From: a secondary endosymbiont of Trabutina mannipara
GTDB lineage: Bacteria > Pseudomonadota > Gammaproteobacteria > Enterobacterales > Enterobacteriaceae
Assembly: GCF_900090215.1 (NCBI RefSeq)
Contig: NZ_LT594522.1
Span: 266,472 to 298,471 of the forward strand
Length of the DNA: 32,000 nt
Direction: 5' to 3'
The notes below the pieces were generated by a model. The model made no database searches. It saw only the letters and a program-made list of their open reading frames with translations, and was not told where the DNA came from. The number at the start of each line of letters is the position of its first letter. Position 1 is the stretch's first letter. The translations under genes and the position numbers were made by a program. Below, piece after piece: positions 31,821-32,000 of the stretch.

Positions 31821-32000
31821 ATAGATAATAAGATTTAAGATGATAAGATACTGAATAGATAGATACTGAAATATACTGAATAAGATAATATAAGATACGA
31901 CTAAGATAATAGATATAAATAGAATAGATAAGAGATATAATAAGATATAGATAAAAAGATATAATCTAAATAAAAATAAGATCTAATTTTAGATATATAA
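31821..32000. repeat. GATA/AGATA-rich low-complexity tract (G much more frequent than C on the + strand), non-coding
   Basis: The motifs GATA, AGATA, TAAGATA and ATACTGAA recur many times. The + strand has very few C. No ORF appears on either strand in the supplied track. Confidence 0.8.

Noticed and set aside
31640-32000. The repeat array as a CRISPR locus
   Set aside because: The repeat units are contiguous tandem copies with no unique spacers between them. They are almost pure A/T and have no palindromic repeat core. No cas genes are nearby.
31572-32000. The repeat- and AT-rich tract as a replication origin (iterons or DnaA boxes)
   Set aside because: No TTATCCACA/TGTGGATAA-like DnaA boxes are present and only one GATC was noted (within AGATCT near 31980). 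The flanking genes (tusB, rpsL) are not an origin context. The 10-bp periodic repeats alone are insufficient evidence.

Overview
The window is very AT-rich (about a quarter G+C by eye, not computed). Its proteins are strongly E. coli-like, which fits a reduced-genome gammaproteobacterial (Enterobacterales-derived) insect endosymbiont. I cannot name the species from sequence alone. Apart from the 3' end of typA/bipA on the + strand (1-809), everything is on the - strand. It forms one roughly 31 kb co-directional block of translation and transcription genes. In - strand order these are: tusB, rpsL-rpsG-fusA, secE-nusG-rplKAJL-rpoBC, tRNAs thrU-tyrU-glyT-thrT, tuf, the S10 operon, the spc operon and the alpha operon (rpsM-rpsK-rpsD-rpoA-rplQ). 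I found no CRISPR array, IS element, transposase, integrase, phage gene, toxin-antitoxin pair or defence-like cassette. I cannot support a novel accessory system here, because this is core housekeeping DNA. The points worth a second look concern genome decay and architecture. (1) rplW (L23, essential in E. coli) is present only as a multiply disrupted reading frame, with both frameshifts inside poly(A) tracts. (2) rpmC (L29), the neighbour of L23 at the ribosomal tunnel exit, is reduced to a remnant of about 16 codons. (3) Gene order differs from E. coli exactly at tuf on both sides, which implies tufA/tufB-mediated recombination followed by loss of one tuf copy. (4) tusB sits alone, with a repeat-rich non-coding tract where tusC and tusD would be expected. 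(5) There are many perfect or near-perfect short tandem duplications (12-50 bp). Two of them span stop codons (rpsD, nusG) and one lies in frame inside the rplW remnant. (6) SecE is cut down to a single transmembrane segment, and three of the four tRNA genes no longer encode CCA. All homology statements come from my own reading of the translations against remembered E. coli proteins; no database search was run.
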